Below are positions 28,112-37,123 of a stretch of 64,000 nucleotides of DNA, piece by piece. The translations under genes and the position numbers were made by a program. Position 1 is the stretch's first letter, and each line of letters opens with the position of its first letter. Origin of the DNA: Nanobdellota archaeon (GTDB taxonomy: Archaea; Nanobdellota; Nanobdellia; Pacearchaeales; GW2011-AR1); NCBI GenBank assembly GCA_038045945.1, contig JBBSXC010000001.1, positions 52,592 to 116,591 on the forward strand, written 5' to 3'. The notes under the pieces were generated by a model. It searched no databases. It worked only from the letters and a program-made list of their open reading frames with translations, and was not told the DNA's origin.

Positions 28112-28510
28112 ATGGTTGAAGTATTACTTGACACTAATTTTTTGATTAGTTGTGTTAAGCAAAAGATTCATTTTGTTGATGCTATTAAGGAGTTATTATC
28201 TGACTCCGAGATAGTTGTGCCTGCGCAGGTTGTTTCTGAGCTCCAGAGGATTTCTACCGATCATGATCGTAAGTATCGTTTGGAGGATCGTGAGCATGCT
28301 AGTCTAGCTCTTCAACTTATTGTTAAGTATCGTGTTATTAAGGGTAAGGGCAAGTATGCTGATAAGGCCATTATTGGTTATGTTCATGAGAAGAATTATC
28401 GTAGTGAGCAAGTTATTGTTGCTACTATTGATTCTGGTCTTGTGTCAAAGGTTAGGAATGTTTCTAGAGTAATTAAGATTAGGGGTCTTAAGCGTTTAGT
28501 TATCGAATAA
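28112..28510 (+). CDS. PIN-domain nuclease, Fcf1/Utp24-like
   Basis: LLDTNFLISCV N-terminus and VATIDSGLVSKVR (Fcf1 VATxDxxLRxRL-like). Confidence 0.6.
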   Translation: MVEVLLDTNFLISCVKQKIHFVDAIKELLSDSEIVVPAQVVSELQRISTDHDRKYRLEDREHASLALQLIVKYRVIKGKGKYADKAIIGYVHEKNYRSEQVIVATIDSGLVSKVRNVSRVIKIRGLKRLVIE

Positions 28511-28572
28511 AAAACCTATTTTTTATTTGTAGTAACCTTTAAAAACATCGAAATTTTCGGAAAAAATTTCGT

Positions 28573-28603
28573 GGCTTAAAAAGCTGCACTCCAAAGCTTT
28601 TTA
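28573..28603. promoter_or_regulatory. inverted A/T-rich element (ttaaaaagc-11nt-gctttttaa) upstream of rpoE' operon
   Basis: same arms as the 16926 palindrome; about 25-50 nt upstream of ATG 28627. Confidence 0.35.
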
Positions 28604-28626
28604 AACTAACTTTTTCTAACATTTTG

Positions 28627-29229
28627 ATGTTCTACTTAGCAGAAGTTGAAGATTATATTAGAGTTGAACCTAAATTATTTGGGCTTGATACTCGCGAGGC
28701 TGTTAAAGAACAACTTAAGACTGCTTATAGCGGTTTTGTTAGTAAGGAATTAGGTTATGTTGTTTCCGTTTTGGATGTTTTGACTGTTCAGGAAGGAGTT
28801 GTTATTCCAGGGGACGGTGCTGTTTATTATAATTCACGATTCAAACTTTTAGTTTGGAAGGCTGAACTTGGAGAGCTTGTTTATTGTATGGTTAAGGAAG
28901 TTGCTAACTTTGGTGCTTTCATGAGTTTGGGTATTACTGATGGTCTTATTCATGTTACTCAGGTTACTGATGATTATGTTAGTTTTTCCAAAACTGGTAC
29001 TTTGGTTTCCAAGTCTGGTAAGAAAAGCCTTAAGAAGGGCGATTTATGTTTAGCTAGAATAGTTGCTGTCTCTTATAAGGCTGGAGAACCTAAGATGAGT
29101 TTAACTATGAGACAGCCAGGTCTTGGTAAGATTGAGTGGATTAAGGATGATAAGAGAAAGTCTAAAGTTAAGGGTAGGGGCGAAAGTGAAGAGAAAGAAT
29201 CTAAACCTAAAAAGTCTAAGAAAGAATAA
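28627..29229 (+). CDS. rpo7: DNA-directed RNA polymerase subunit E' (Rpo7) with S1 domain
   Basis: MFYLAEVEDYIRVEPKLFG N-terminus, S1-like KGDLCLARIVAV; heads archaeal rpoE'-spt4-S24e-S27ae cluster. Confidence 0.8.
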   Translation: MFYLAEVEDYIRVEPKLFGLDTREAVKEQLKTAYSGFVSKELGYVVSVLDVLTVQEGVVIPGDGAVYYNSRFKLLVWKAELGELVYCMVKEVANFGAFMSLGITDGLIHVTQVTDDYVSFSKTGTLVSKSGKKSLKKGDLCLARIVAVSYKAGEPKMSLTMRQPGLGKIEWIKDDKRKSKVKGRGESEEKESKPKKSKKE

Positions 29230-29417
29230 TGGGTAACAAAAAAGCTTGCAAATTATGCAAAAGAATATATGAAGAAGGGAATTGTCCTAGTTGTGGAAGT
29301 AACGAATACGTGAAAGATTACAAGGGAATTCTTGTTGTTTTCGACCCTGTAAATTCTGATATTGCTAAAAGTATGAAAATAAACAATGCTGGAGAATACG
29401 CTGTTAAGGTTAAATAA
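29229..29417 (+). CDS. spt4: transcription elongation factor Spt4 (RpoE'')
   Basis: 62 aa with C-x2-C...C-x2-C zinc ribbon (CKLCKR...CPSCGS). Confidence 0.8.
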   Translation: MGNKKACKLCKRIYEEGNCPSCGSNEYVKDYKGILVVFDPVNSDIAKSMKINNAGEYAVKVK

Positions 29418-29422
29418 TTATC

Positions 29423-29725
29423 ATGGAACATCATAATATACTCAGTGATAAGGATAACAAAACTTTAGGTTTTAGAGAGGTTGAAATATTGATGCCTTTC
29501 TCTAAGACACCAACAACTGTTGAAATAACTAAAATAATTGCTGATAAGTATAAGGCATCTGAGGATTCTTGTTCTATTCAGATGATTAAGGGTAGTTTTG
29601 GTAAAAACCTTTTTTCTATTAAGGCTAGAATTTATGCTAATAAGGAAAATAAGGATAAGATTGAACATAAGAATAAGAAACCTAAAAAGGCTCCTGGAGC
29701 CGCTGTCGGAGGTAAGAAGAAATAA
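29423..29725 (+). CDS. rps24e: 30S ribosomal protein S24e
   Basis: 100 aa, FREVEILMPFSKTPT...IQMIKGSFGK pattern of S24e. Confidence 0.85.
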   Translation: MEHHNILSDKDNKTLGFREVEILMPFSKTPTTVEITKIIADKYKASEDSCSIQMIKGSFGKNLFSIKARIYANKENKDKIEHKNKKPKKAPGAAVGGKKK

Positions 29726-29961
29726 TGGCTGGTGACAAAGGCAGTAAAGGTAAAAGGAAGAGGAAAAAACACCCTTCTTCTAAGAGATACAAAATGTATA
29801 CTGTTAGCGGTGATAAAATTACTTCTAGGAAGAGAATGTGCCCAAGATGCGGCCCTGGAATATTCTTAGCAGTTGCACCTAACAGAGTATTCTGTGGTAA
29901 GTGCGCTTACACAGAATTTGCAGCAAGCACAACATTGAAAGCACAAGAAAAGAAAAAGTAA
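29725..29961 (+). CDS. rps27ae: 30S ribosomal protein S27ae
   Basis: KKHPSSKRYK...CPRCGPGIFLA...FCGKC zinc-ribbon S27a signature. Confidence 0.85.
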   Translation: MAGDKGSKGKRKRKKHPSSKRYKMYTVSGDKITSRKRMCPRCGPGIFLAVAPNRVFCGKCAYTEFAASTTLKAQEKKK

Positions 29962-29976
29962 AAATTTTATAAAAAA

Positions 29977-30969
29977 TTATCTCTTAGTTTCAACACTATC
30001 AAAGAGAGCACTCAAACTATCACCCTTAATTGTTCTGTAAATAGCTTCACCAAATAATGGAATCAGAGATATGGTTTCAAGATTGGGACTTCCACTGTTT
30101 ACTAGGGTATCAGAAACAAATAGTTTGTCTAGTGTAGAAAATCTTTCTAGTCCTGCGCTGAATAGTCCGTGAGTTCCATAAGCATAAACGCTTTTAGCCC
30201 CATTCTCTCTCAAAGATGCTTCAGTCATGGCTATAGTCCCACCAGTATCAATCATGTCATCAACAATTAGACAATTCCTGTCTTTAACATCACCTATTAT
30301 TACAACTTTATCAACAACATTATCTTTAAGTCTAATTTTGTCACCTATAGCAACATTCACTTCTAGACCGCTGGCCCTTAGCCTCTTAGCAAGACTTCTA
30401 ACTCTTTTAGCCCCACCCATGTCCGGTGAAACAACAGCTAAATCCTCAAAAATTAATGGGTGTTTACTTCCCAGATAATCGATTAGTGTTGGAAAAGAAT
30501 AAAGATTATCAAAAGGAATATCAAAAAATCCTTGCATTGCAGGGTTATGAAGATCAACGGTCATTGCTCTGTCAGCATAAGTAGAGATCATCTTAGCAAG
30601 AGCTTTAGCATTAACACTAACCCTACTTTCATCCTTTCTTTCTTGACGAGCGAAACGAGTATAAGGAAGAACAACATTTATTTCTTCAGGCGAAGAGAAC
30701 TTTAGTGCATCAAGGACAAAGTTAAGTTCTGTGTACCAGTCTGATGGGGACTTGTTAGAATCATGAATTAGATAACATTGCCTTCTGCGAACGTTCTTAG
30801 CAATACGAAGTTTGAATTCTCCATCCTTAAAGTCTTCTCTTTTGACAGTGACTAAGTCTACCTCAAAATCTCTTTTTGGCTTATATAGAAGGTGATTATA
30901 AACACCGATAGCAAAATCGTAACCTTTACTGTTAGGATCGGCAATTATTGCAGCATCACCATTTTCCAT
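29977..30969 (-). CDS. prs: ribose-phosphate pyrophosphokinase (PRPP synthetase)
   Basis: N-terminal Prs domain, PRPP-binding loop VIIGDVKDRNCLIVDDMIDTGGTI. Confidence 0.85.
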   Translation of the reverse strand: MENGDAAIIADPNSKGYDFAIGVYNHLLYKPKRDFEVDLVTVKREDFKDGEFKLRIAKNVRRRQCYLIHDSNKSPSDWYTELNFVLDALKFSSPEEINVVLPYTRFARQERKDESRVSVNAKALAKMISTYADRAMTVDLHNPAMQGFFDIPFDNLYSFPTLIDYLGSKHPLIFEDLAVVSPDMGGAKRVRSLAKRLRASGLEVNVAIGDKIRLKDNVVDKVVIIGDVKDRNCLIVDDMIDTGGTIAMTEASLRENGAKSVYAYGTHGLFSAGLERFSTLDKLFVSDTLVNSGSPNLETISLIPLFGEAIYRTIKGDSLSALFDSVETKR

Positions 30970-31140
30970 AAAATCTTTTGCCGTGTTAGCTATTTAAGGA
31001 TTATTGGTATAGAAAAATAAATGTATGATTATGAAAACACGGTGCATCTTATATAAATAACTGCTTTCTTTCTCCGTGAAAAGCGGAATGCTTTTTTTTT
31101 TGTTTGAATATGAAATTCTTTGCTGTAATTAACTTCTAAA

Positions 31141-31266
31141 TCAAGCTTGTACCATATTTTAGAATGGTTTGCTTTCTAGTTAATAATTCTGCAAAGAATC
31201 ATTTTTGCTTTTAGGATAAGCGGCTATATCAAGTTTGTACCCTGTTTTAGAAGGGTTTACTTTCTA
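31141..31266. repeat. two paralogous ~40-nt repeats (31141..31181 and 31220..31266), each containing a 5-bp hairpin with compensatory changes
   Basis: tcaagcttgtaccatattttagaatggtttgctttctag vs tcaagtttgtaccctgttttagaagggtttactttctag; stem accat/atggt becomes accct/agggt. Confidence 0.6.
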
Positions 31267-31802
31267 GCTTATCACTTAAAGCTTCAAGAATGTTAATTCT
31301 TGAGACCCAAAAATCTTATAGATTTTTGAGTTTTTTTTTATCAAGTCGAGTTGATTATTATTTTAAGAATTCTTTATGAGGACTTCTTTGTTAACTTTTA
31401 GATATAGAAAATCTTTCTTATCCTTACTGTATAAATTATTTGTCCTAGAATTCTTGTCTGAAATCTAACTTTTCTTTACTTCTTATCTAAGTACCAGTAG
31501 TACTTAAACTTATCTATTGATCACCCTTTACCATCTTTTTGCCACCCTCAATCCTCTAATTACTCAGATTTGTATTGGTGAAAGTGAAAGGTGATGATCT
31601 TTTGATTATAAAACCCTGGAAGAGGCTTTTATGCACTTAAATTAGGTTGCACTAAGCCTCTTCTGGGTAAAAAGAGGTGATATAATATGTAGGCAAAAGA
31701 CCTATTTAAACCTTTCGATATTGTTATCATTACACAATGACAATATCTGCTCTTTATTTTTGACCCGTGGGTTTATAATATTTGTTTGTTTGTGTTTTAT
31801 TG

Positions 31803-32780
31803 ATGGATGATCAGCCCAAAATTGAGGTGAATAAAGTAGAGGTGAGTAGTACTGTTCTTGATAGTATGAATCAGGACGAGGTTTACGGTCTTCTTCTTGA
31901 TAATGAGGTTGGTTGGCAGGCTATTCTTTATGATTTGATTAATACTGAGCGGCTTGATCCTTGGAATCTTGATCTTGTTGCTCTTACTCAGAAGTATTTG
32001 GAGAAGGTTAGGATTCTTGAGGAGGCTAACTTCTTTATTTCTTCTAATATTATTCTTGCTGCTTCTTTGCTTCTTAGGATTAAGTCTGAGATTCTTCTTG
32101 ACCATTATATTCCTTCTCTTGATGCTATTCTTTATGGTAAGAAGGATGAGGAGAAGAAGTCTTTGGAGAGGATTCATATTGATGAGTCGCAGCTTCCTTT
32201 GATTTATCCTAGGAGTCCTATGCCTAGGAACCGTCAGGTTACTCTTTCTGAGCTTGTTAGTGCTCTTTCTCATGCTATTAAGACTGAGAATAGGCGTATT
32301 CGTAAGGAGCTTATTATTAGGTCTGCTAGGCGTGAAACTGATATTGTTTTTCCTAAGATGAAGATTCGTATTCAGGATCGTATTAGGCAGATTTATGCTA
32401 AGATTCTTTCTAAATTCCAACAAAAGAAGGAGCGTATTCCTTATTCTGATATTGCTTCTGGTCGTGAGGATCGTATTGCTGGTTTTTTGCCTGTTCTTCA
32501 TCTTGATAACCAACAGAAGGTTTTTTTGCAGCAGGAGGCTCATTATGAGGAGATTTATGTTTGGGTTTACAAGCATTATAAGGAATTGAATCCTCATGTT
32601 GTTTCTGCCGAATTAGAAGAGGTTGATTCTTCTGAGATTGCTAATCACGAGCAACTTGAAAATTTTGATGCTCAGGAGCAGGAAATTATTGATGAACTAA
32701 ACAAGTCTAGCAAGCTTTCTGATAAGACTGGTTTTGATAATCCTTTAGGTAATTTGCTTAGTGAATCGGGTGCAGAATAA
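31803..32780 (+). CDS. scpA: segregation and condensation protein A (ScpA, kleisin)
   Basis: ERLDPWNLDLVALTQKYLE N-terminal ScpA motif; ATG at 31803 (ORF track starts at TTG 31782). Confidence 0.75.
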   Translation: MDDQPKIEVNKVEVSSTVLDSMNQDEVYGLLLDNEVGWQAILYDLINTERLDPWNLDLVALTQKYLEKVRILEEANFFISSNIILAASLLLRIKSEILLDHYIPSLDAILYGKKDEEKKSLERIHIDESQLPLIYPRSPMPRNRQVTLSELVSALSHAIKTENRRIRKELIIRSARRETDIVFPKMKIRIQDRIRQIYAKILSKFQQKKERIPYSDIASGREDRIAGFLPVLHLDNQQKVFLQQEAHYEEIYVWVYKHYKELNPHVVSAELEEVDSSEIANHEQLENFDAQEQEIIDELNKSSKLSDKTGFDNPLGNLLSESGAE

Positions 32781-32784
32781 TTTT

Positions 32785-33945
32785 TTATTCTAATAATTCT
32801 TTTTCTCCTACTTTTTCTTCTTTTCCGCTTGTTAGGTCTTTTATTGTGAACTTTTTTTCTTTTATTTCCTTTTCACCTATGAATACTGCTTTGTTTATAC
32901 TGTAGGAATTTGCGTATTCTAGTGCTTTGCTTGGTTTTCCGTAGAATATTACGCATGATTTTCCTTGTGATCTTAATTTTTTTGTTATTTCTATTGTTTT
33001 TTCGTCTTGGTTTAGTGATACTACTAAGTATTGTGTTTTTGGTAATGGGATTTCTGCTAATACGCTTAGTCTTTCTATGCTTGTTCCAAAGCCGATGCCT
33101 TCAATATTGCCTATGATGTATCTTCCGCCGCCTAGTATTGTTTGTTTCATAACTTTAGATTTTATTTCAAAAATTGTTCCTGTGTAATAGCTAAGTCCTC
33201 TGGCTAGTGATGGGAGGAATTGTACTTCGAATCCGAATTGCTTGCAATATTCTTTTACTTCTTTTATTTCAGAGTAGTTTTTGTATTTTTCAAAGTAACT
33301 TTCTGGTTTGCTAAATATTTTTATTAATGATTCAGCACCGAATTTTTTAAGGTTTTTTGTTACTTCTTCGTCTGTTAGTTTGTCTAATTTGTCTATTTCT
33401 CTTATTACTTGTTTTCTGTCTTCTTCTTTTATTCCCTCTCCTGAGAGTATTTCGTCAATTAGTTTTCTATTGTTAAAGTATATGTTTACTTCCCCTAAAT
33501 TAAGTTTTTTTGTTATTTGGTTTGCCACGGATAATATTTCTGCGTCGCTTTTTATGTTAGAGTCTATTATGTCTACTTCGCATGTTGTAAACTGTCTAGT
33601 CCTGTTTTCTGCTACAGGTTCATCTCGGAATACTGGCCCTATTTGGTATCTTCTGTAAGGTAATTTTTTTCCTTGGGCTATTCTTTTAAGTTGGAATGTG
33701 AACTCGTATCTTAATGCTAGTTTTCTTTTCCCTTTGTCTGTAAGTTTGTATGTGTCGCTTACTGCTTCATCCGATGGGTTGTCTCCTCTCACGAATTCTT
33801 CATCCTCAATTATTGGTGTTTCTGCTGGTTCGAATCCGTAACTTCTAAAGATGTCCTCAACGATTCTTTGTGTTTCTTGACGCTTAAGAGCTTCTAGGCC
33901 AGTATAGTCTCTAAATCCTTTAACTGGTTCTTTTATGTTTGTCAT
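32785..33945 (-). CDS. hisS: histidyl-tRNA synthetase
   Basis: class II motifs: FRDYTG (motif 1 region), IGPVFRDEP..R (motif 2), GGGRY, anticodon-binding C-terminal; real start ATG at 33945, the longer ORF runs into the tRNA-His gene. Confidence 0.85.
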   Translation of the reverse strand: MTNIKEPVKGFRDYTGLEALKRQETQRIVEDIFRSYGFEPAETPIIEDEEFVRGDNPSDEAVSDTYKLTDKGKRKLALRYEFTFQLKRIAQGKKLPYRRYQIGPVFRDEPVAENRTRQFTTCEVDIIDSNIKSDAEILSVANQITKKLNLGEVNIYFNNRKLIDEILSGEGIKEEDRKQVIREIDKLDKLTDEEVTKNLKKFGAESLIKIFSKPESYFEKYKNYSEIKEVKEYCKQFGFEVQFLPSLARGLSYYTGTIFEIKSKVMKQTILGGGRYIIGNIEGIGFGTSIERLSVLAEIPLPKTQYLVVSLNQDEKTIEITKKLRSQGKSCVIFYGKPSKALEYANSYSINKAVFIGEKEIKEKKFTIKDLTSGKEEKVGEKELLE

Positions 33946-33970
33946 TTTTTCACCTTTTTTGTGATTTTGA

Positions 33971-34042
33971 AAGCGGAAGGAGGGAGTTGAACCCTCGTCT
34001 CGAGAGCCACAGTCTCGCATACTACCGTTGTACTACAACCGC
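33971..34042 (-). tRNA. tRNA-His (anticodon GTG) with encoded G-1; acceptor stem has two U-U mismatches
   Basis: G(-1)GCGGTTG..D-stem GTAC/GTAT..anticodon stem CGAGA/TCTCG with loop CTGTGGC..T-arm GAGGG-TTCAACT-CCCTC..CTTCCGC-T; sits 25 nt upstream of hisS on same strand. Confidence 0.6.
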
Positions 34043-34225
34043 CATATTTATTACACTTACGAGTAAGTGATTGTGAGGGTATAAAAGAATTGCTATTTGT
34101 TATGAAGTTGAAACTAGGGTTTTCTTTACTGCGAACAATGATTAAACTCCTGTAGTTTTGTGTTCATAGTATTGTTAGTGTTTTATCAGTTTATAAAATT
34201 ATTGTTTGGAAATTCTTGTAGATTT

Positions 34226-34525
34226 TCAAGCCACAAAATTCAAAGAATTTTGATGTTTAGTAATGTTTGTAGTTGTTGTTTCTAATAATAAGAGTTTTTC
34301 ACCTTTGGGCACTTGTTTTATTTTGTATTCTAGTTTTGATGCTTCTGATCTGTTTCCTGCTGTTTTTACCAGTAATAGTTTTCCGTACCCTTTTCTTTTT
34401 ACATATTTGCTTCCGCGTCCGTTTATGTGTGCTTTCATTCTTTTTTCCAGGTTATTTGTTATTCCTGTATAATAAGTCCCATCTAAGCATTCTATTATGT
34501 AAACGCACCAATCTTTTTTTATCAT
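34226..34525 (-). CDS. GIY-YIG nuclease domain protein (UPF0213/YhbQ-like)
   Basis: WCVYIIECLDGTYYTGITNNLEKRMKAH matches GIY...YIG..N..RR...H core. Confidence 0.7.
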   Translation of the reverse strand: MIKKDWCVYIIECLDGTYYTGITNNLEKRMKAHINGRGSKYVKRKGYGKLLLVKTAGNRSEASKLEYKIKQVPKGEKLLLLETTTTNITKHQNSLNFVA

Positions 34526-34639
34526 TTATTTAGTCGATTTTTTTGATGATGCTGCTATTACTCTTTTCTTTGCTTTTTTTACTCCACGCATTCTTCTTGT
34601 CATGGATCTGTGTTTGTGTGCTGCGTATCTTCTTCCCAT
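34526..34639 (-). CDS. 37-aa highly basic small ORF (possible ribosomal-like or nucleic-acid-binding peptide), translationally coupled to GIY-YIG gene
   Basis: MGRRYAAHKHRSMTRRMRGVKKAKKRVIAASSKKSTK; its TAA directly abuts ATG of downstream GIY-YIG gene; not in ORF track (below length cut-off). Confidence 0.3.
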   Translation of the reverse strand: MGRRYAAHKHRSMTRRMRGVKKAKKRVIAASSKKSTK

Positions 34640-34696
34640 GTTTTTTCTTAAGAAATGGTGCCTTATAAAGTTTTAGAAGAGGGATCCAGAGTTTTT

Positions 34697-35545
34697 TTAT
34701 GTTGTTATTATTGTTTGGTTTGCTAGCTTGTTTATTACTGGTACGAAGTATTCTGCTGGTAGTGCGAACCCTATGTTTTCTGCTTCTCCTACTTTGAAGT
34801 TGTTTATTCCTACTACTTTTCCGTCTTGGTCTATTAGCGGTCCTCCCGAGTTTCCCGGGTTTAGTGCTACGTCTGTTTGTATATATCTTGCTGGGCTTGA
34901 GCTTACTTGTCTGTCTAGCGAGCTTATTATTCCTTGTGTTACTGAGAATGATAATCCTAATGGGTTTCCTATTGCTATTACTTTTTCTCCTACTTTTGGT
35001 TCCTTGTTTAGTTCAAGTGGTTCGTAAGTTGTTTGTACTCTTAGTAGTGCTACATCCATTTTTTGGTCGTACCCTACTAGTTCTGCGTATTCTGAGTTTT
35101 TGTTTGAGTCTATTATTTGTGTGTATCTTCCCCCTTCTAGTACGTGCGCGTTTGTTACTATGTAGCTTTCTCCGTTCACCTTAGCTATTACAAATCCTGT
35201 TCCTTGCCCTACGTCTGTTTTTATGCTTAGTACACTCACGATTGATTGTTCTATTACTCCTGAGAAGTCATCTGTTGTGTGTGCTTTTAGTATGTTTATT
35301 TCTGCTTTTATTGTTGATTGTGTTTGTACTAGCGCGTTTGATAAATCGCTTATTTTTGTTTGTGCGTCTAGACTGTTCGTCGCTATTGTTTTCTTTATTT
35401 CGTTTATGCTTTCGTTTAATGCGTTGCTTATTTGTTTGTTGTTTTGGTAGAAGTATGTGAATGTTACTATTTGTGTTATTAGTAGTACACCGATTATTGT
35501 GTATAGTAATATTATGTGTGTGTTTTTATTATAAGCCATAAGCAT
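34697..35545 (-). CDS. membrane-anchored trypsin-like serine protease (S1C/HtrA-type protease domain, no obvious PDZ)
   Basis: catalytic triad contexts TNAHV (His), DVALL (Asp), GNSGGP (Ser); N-terminal TM. Confidence 0.8.
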   Translation of the reverse strand: MLMAYNKNTHIILLYTIIGVLLITQIVTFTYFYQNNKQISNALNESINEIKKTIATNSLDAQTKISDLSNALVQTQSTIKAEINILKAHTTDDFSGVIEQSIVSVLSIKTDVGQGTGFVIAKVNGESYIVTNAHVLEGGRYTQIIDSNKNSEYAELVGYDQKMDVALLRVQTTYEPLELNKEPKVGEKVIAIGNPLGLSFSVTQGIISSLDRQVSSSPARYIQTDVALNPGNSGGPLIDQDGKVVGINNFKVGEAENIGFALPAEYFVPVINKLANQTIITT

Positions 35546-35671
35546 TTTTTGTTGTTTTTGCTTTAAAAGAGTTATGAAGATAGAATACTTTCAAAAAAAT
35601 TCTTTATTTGAACATTTTCTTCAAAGTTTTAGAAATTTTATTATTATAAGACTTGAGCATAATCCTTTTTT

Positions 35672-36412
35672 TTATATTCCTAAATCCTTTGCTATTTTGT
35701 CTGCCGCGATTATTTCCGGTATTGTTACTATTTCTGCTCCCGCTCTTTTTAGTTTTGATACCATCCCCGGACTTTCGCATCTTGAGTGTACTTCTATTTT
35801 TGGGTTTAGTTCTTTTGCTGTTAGCGTTAGTAGTATGTTTGTTTCTGTTTTTGGTAGTGTTAGTATTATTTTTGCTGCTTTTTCTATATTTGCTGCCTTT
35901 AGTGCTTCGTCGTTTTGTGCGTCTCCTTTAACAACCAAGTATTTTTTCTTTCTTAGTTGCGATACCATTTTTTGTTCCGATTCTATGATTAAGAAGTCTC
36001 TATTCTTTGTTTTTAGTACTCTTGCTATTTCTTCTCCCACTCTCCCACCCCCCACTATTATTATGTGGTTTTTCATCTTCATCACTTTTGATATGGATAT
36101 TCTTCTTTTTAAATACTCTCTGACCTTTCCCTCGAGGATTAAGTCTGCTATGCTCCATAATACCCACCACACTAAGAATACTCCTACTATTGCTAGTGTC
36201 ATCTCCATGAATCTTTCTGGTATTGTGCTATCATCATTGAACATGAATGCTAATGTGTGCGTTGTTCTGTATAATGATGCACTTATTGTTTCTTCTGATG
36301 TTACTCTAAAACCTATTGTTCCAAAAACGAATAAGAATAGTATCACCCAAAAAAATATTCTTAATCTTTTTGGTAATTCTTCTATTTCTTTTATTCCTGC
36401 CCCTTTTGACAT
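35672..36412 (-). CDS. two-TM membrane protein with RCK/TrkA-N NAD-binding domain (K+ channel-related; no canonical GYG filter seen)
   Basis: IIIVGGGRVGEEIARVL Rossmann of TrkA-N; N-terminal 2 TM helices. Confidence 0.65.
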   Translation of the reverse strand: MSKGAGIKEIEELPKRLRIFFWVILFLFVFGTIGFRVTSEETISASLYRTTHTLAFMFNDDSTIPERFMEMTLAIVGVFLVWWVLWSIADLILEGKVREYLKRRISISKVMKMKNHIIIVGGGRVGEEIARVLKTKNRDFLIIESEQKMVSQLRKKKYLVVKGDAQNDEALKAANIEKAAKIILTLPKTETNILLTLTAKELNPKIEVHSRCESPGMVSKLKRAGAEIVTIPEIIAADKIAKDLGI

Positions 36413-36506
36413 GTTATTGCTATTTTTTCCCCTCCTTCTAAATTAACTAAAACCTCCATAGTTTAAAAGCCCTTTTATAAAAAATAGAACAAATAAATAA
36501 TATAGA

Positions 36507-36579
36507 ACGCCCCCACCGGGATTCGAACCCGGGTTACCAGCTCGAAAGGCTAGTGTCCTTGGCCTCTAGACGATAAGGG
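36507..36579 (-). tRNA. tRNA-Glu (anticodon TTC)
   Basis: near-identical scaffold to tRNA-Glu(CTC); anticodon stem CTAGC/GCTGG with loop CTTTCGA. Confidence 0.8.
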
Positions 36580-36633
36580 CATTAAAGAGATAATAAGAAA
36601 TACGTTTTTAAAGGTTTGGAGTGATAAATTTTT

Positions 36634-37068
36634 TTATTTTGTTTGAACTTTTTCTGTGTAAGCTACAGATGCTACATTTCCTGATACTACTTTATTAAAT
36701 GTTGATGCAATTAGTTCTAACTCTTCTCTTTGGCCGTTTATTAATGCTAAAGGTGATTTGTTTAGGTATAATAATCCAGAGTATCTTTCTAAGTCTCCTT
36801 CTATTGAGGGATTTAGTGGTAGTTCTGTGTATGATTCTGCTTTTAGTTCTAATGATCTCATTGAGTTTACACCTCTTATTTCTACACTTTCAACCCACGA
36901 GTCTTCTTTTCTATGCTCGCCTTTATAGAATTCTTCTGTTCTTCTTCCAGAAATTCTTACTTCTCTATTATTAACTCTTGCAAGACGACTAAGAGAATCT
37001 GTAAGTTGTCTTCTTGTGATGCCATATGAGAAATTAATCCTTGCTACTACTTCTGATGGATTTTTCAT
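36634..37068 (-). CDS. hypothetical protein
   Basis: 144 aa. Confidence 0.35.
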   Translation of the reverse strand: MKNPSEVVARINFSYGITRRQLTDSLSRLARVNNREVRISGRRTEEFYKGEHRKEDSWVESVEIRGVNSMRSLELKAESYTELPLNPSIEGDLERYSGLLYLNKSPLALINGQREELELIASTFNKVVSGNVASVAYTEKVQTK

Positions 37069-37123
37069 AATGAATAATTATAATAATCCTTTTTTAAGAT
37101 TAGTGGTGACTGTTTTCTACTGT

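Noticed and set aside
31590-31700. Possible C/D-box sRNA (gtgatgat at 31591 and ggtgatat near 31675)
   Set aside because: No properly spaced D and D' (CUGA) boxes or terminal stem could be found. It is retained only as part of the general ncRNA-candidate region.
31797-32597. 266-aa minus-strand ORF rich in N/L/R/K
   Set aside because: It is antisense to scpA and of low complexity. Not a real gene.
35574-36446. 290-aa plus-strand ORF rich in F/S/I/L
   Set aside because: It is antisense to the RCK-domain membrane protein gene (35672..36412) and is of low complexity. It is a shadow ORF created by the A/T-skewed coding strand.
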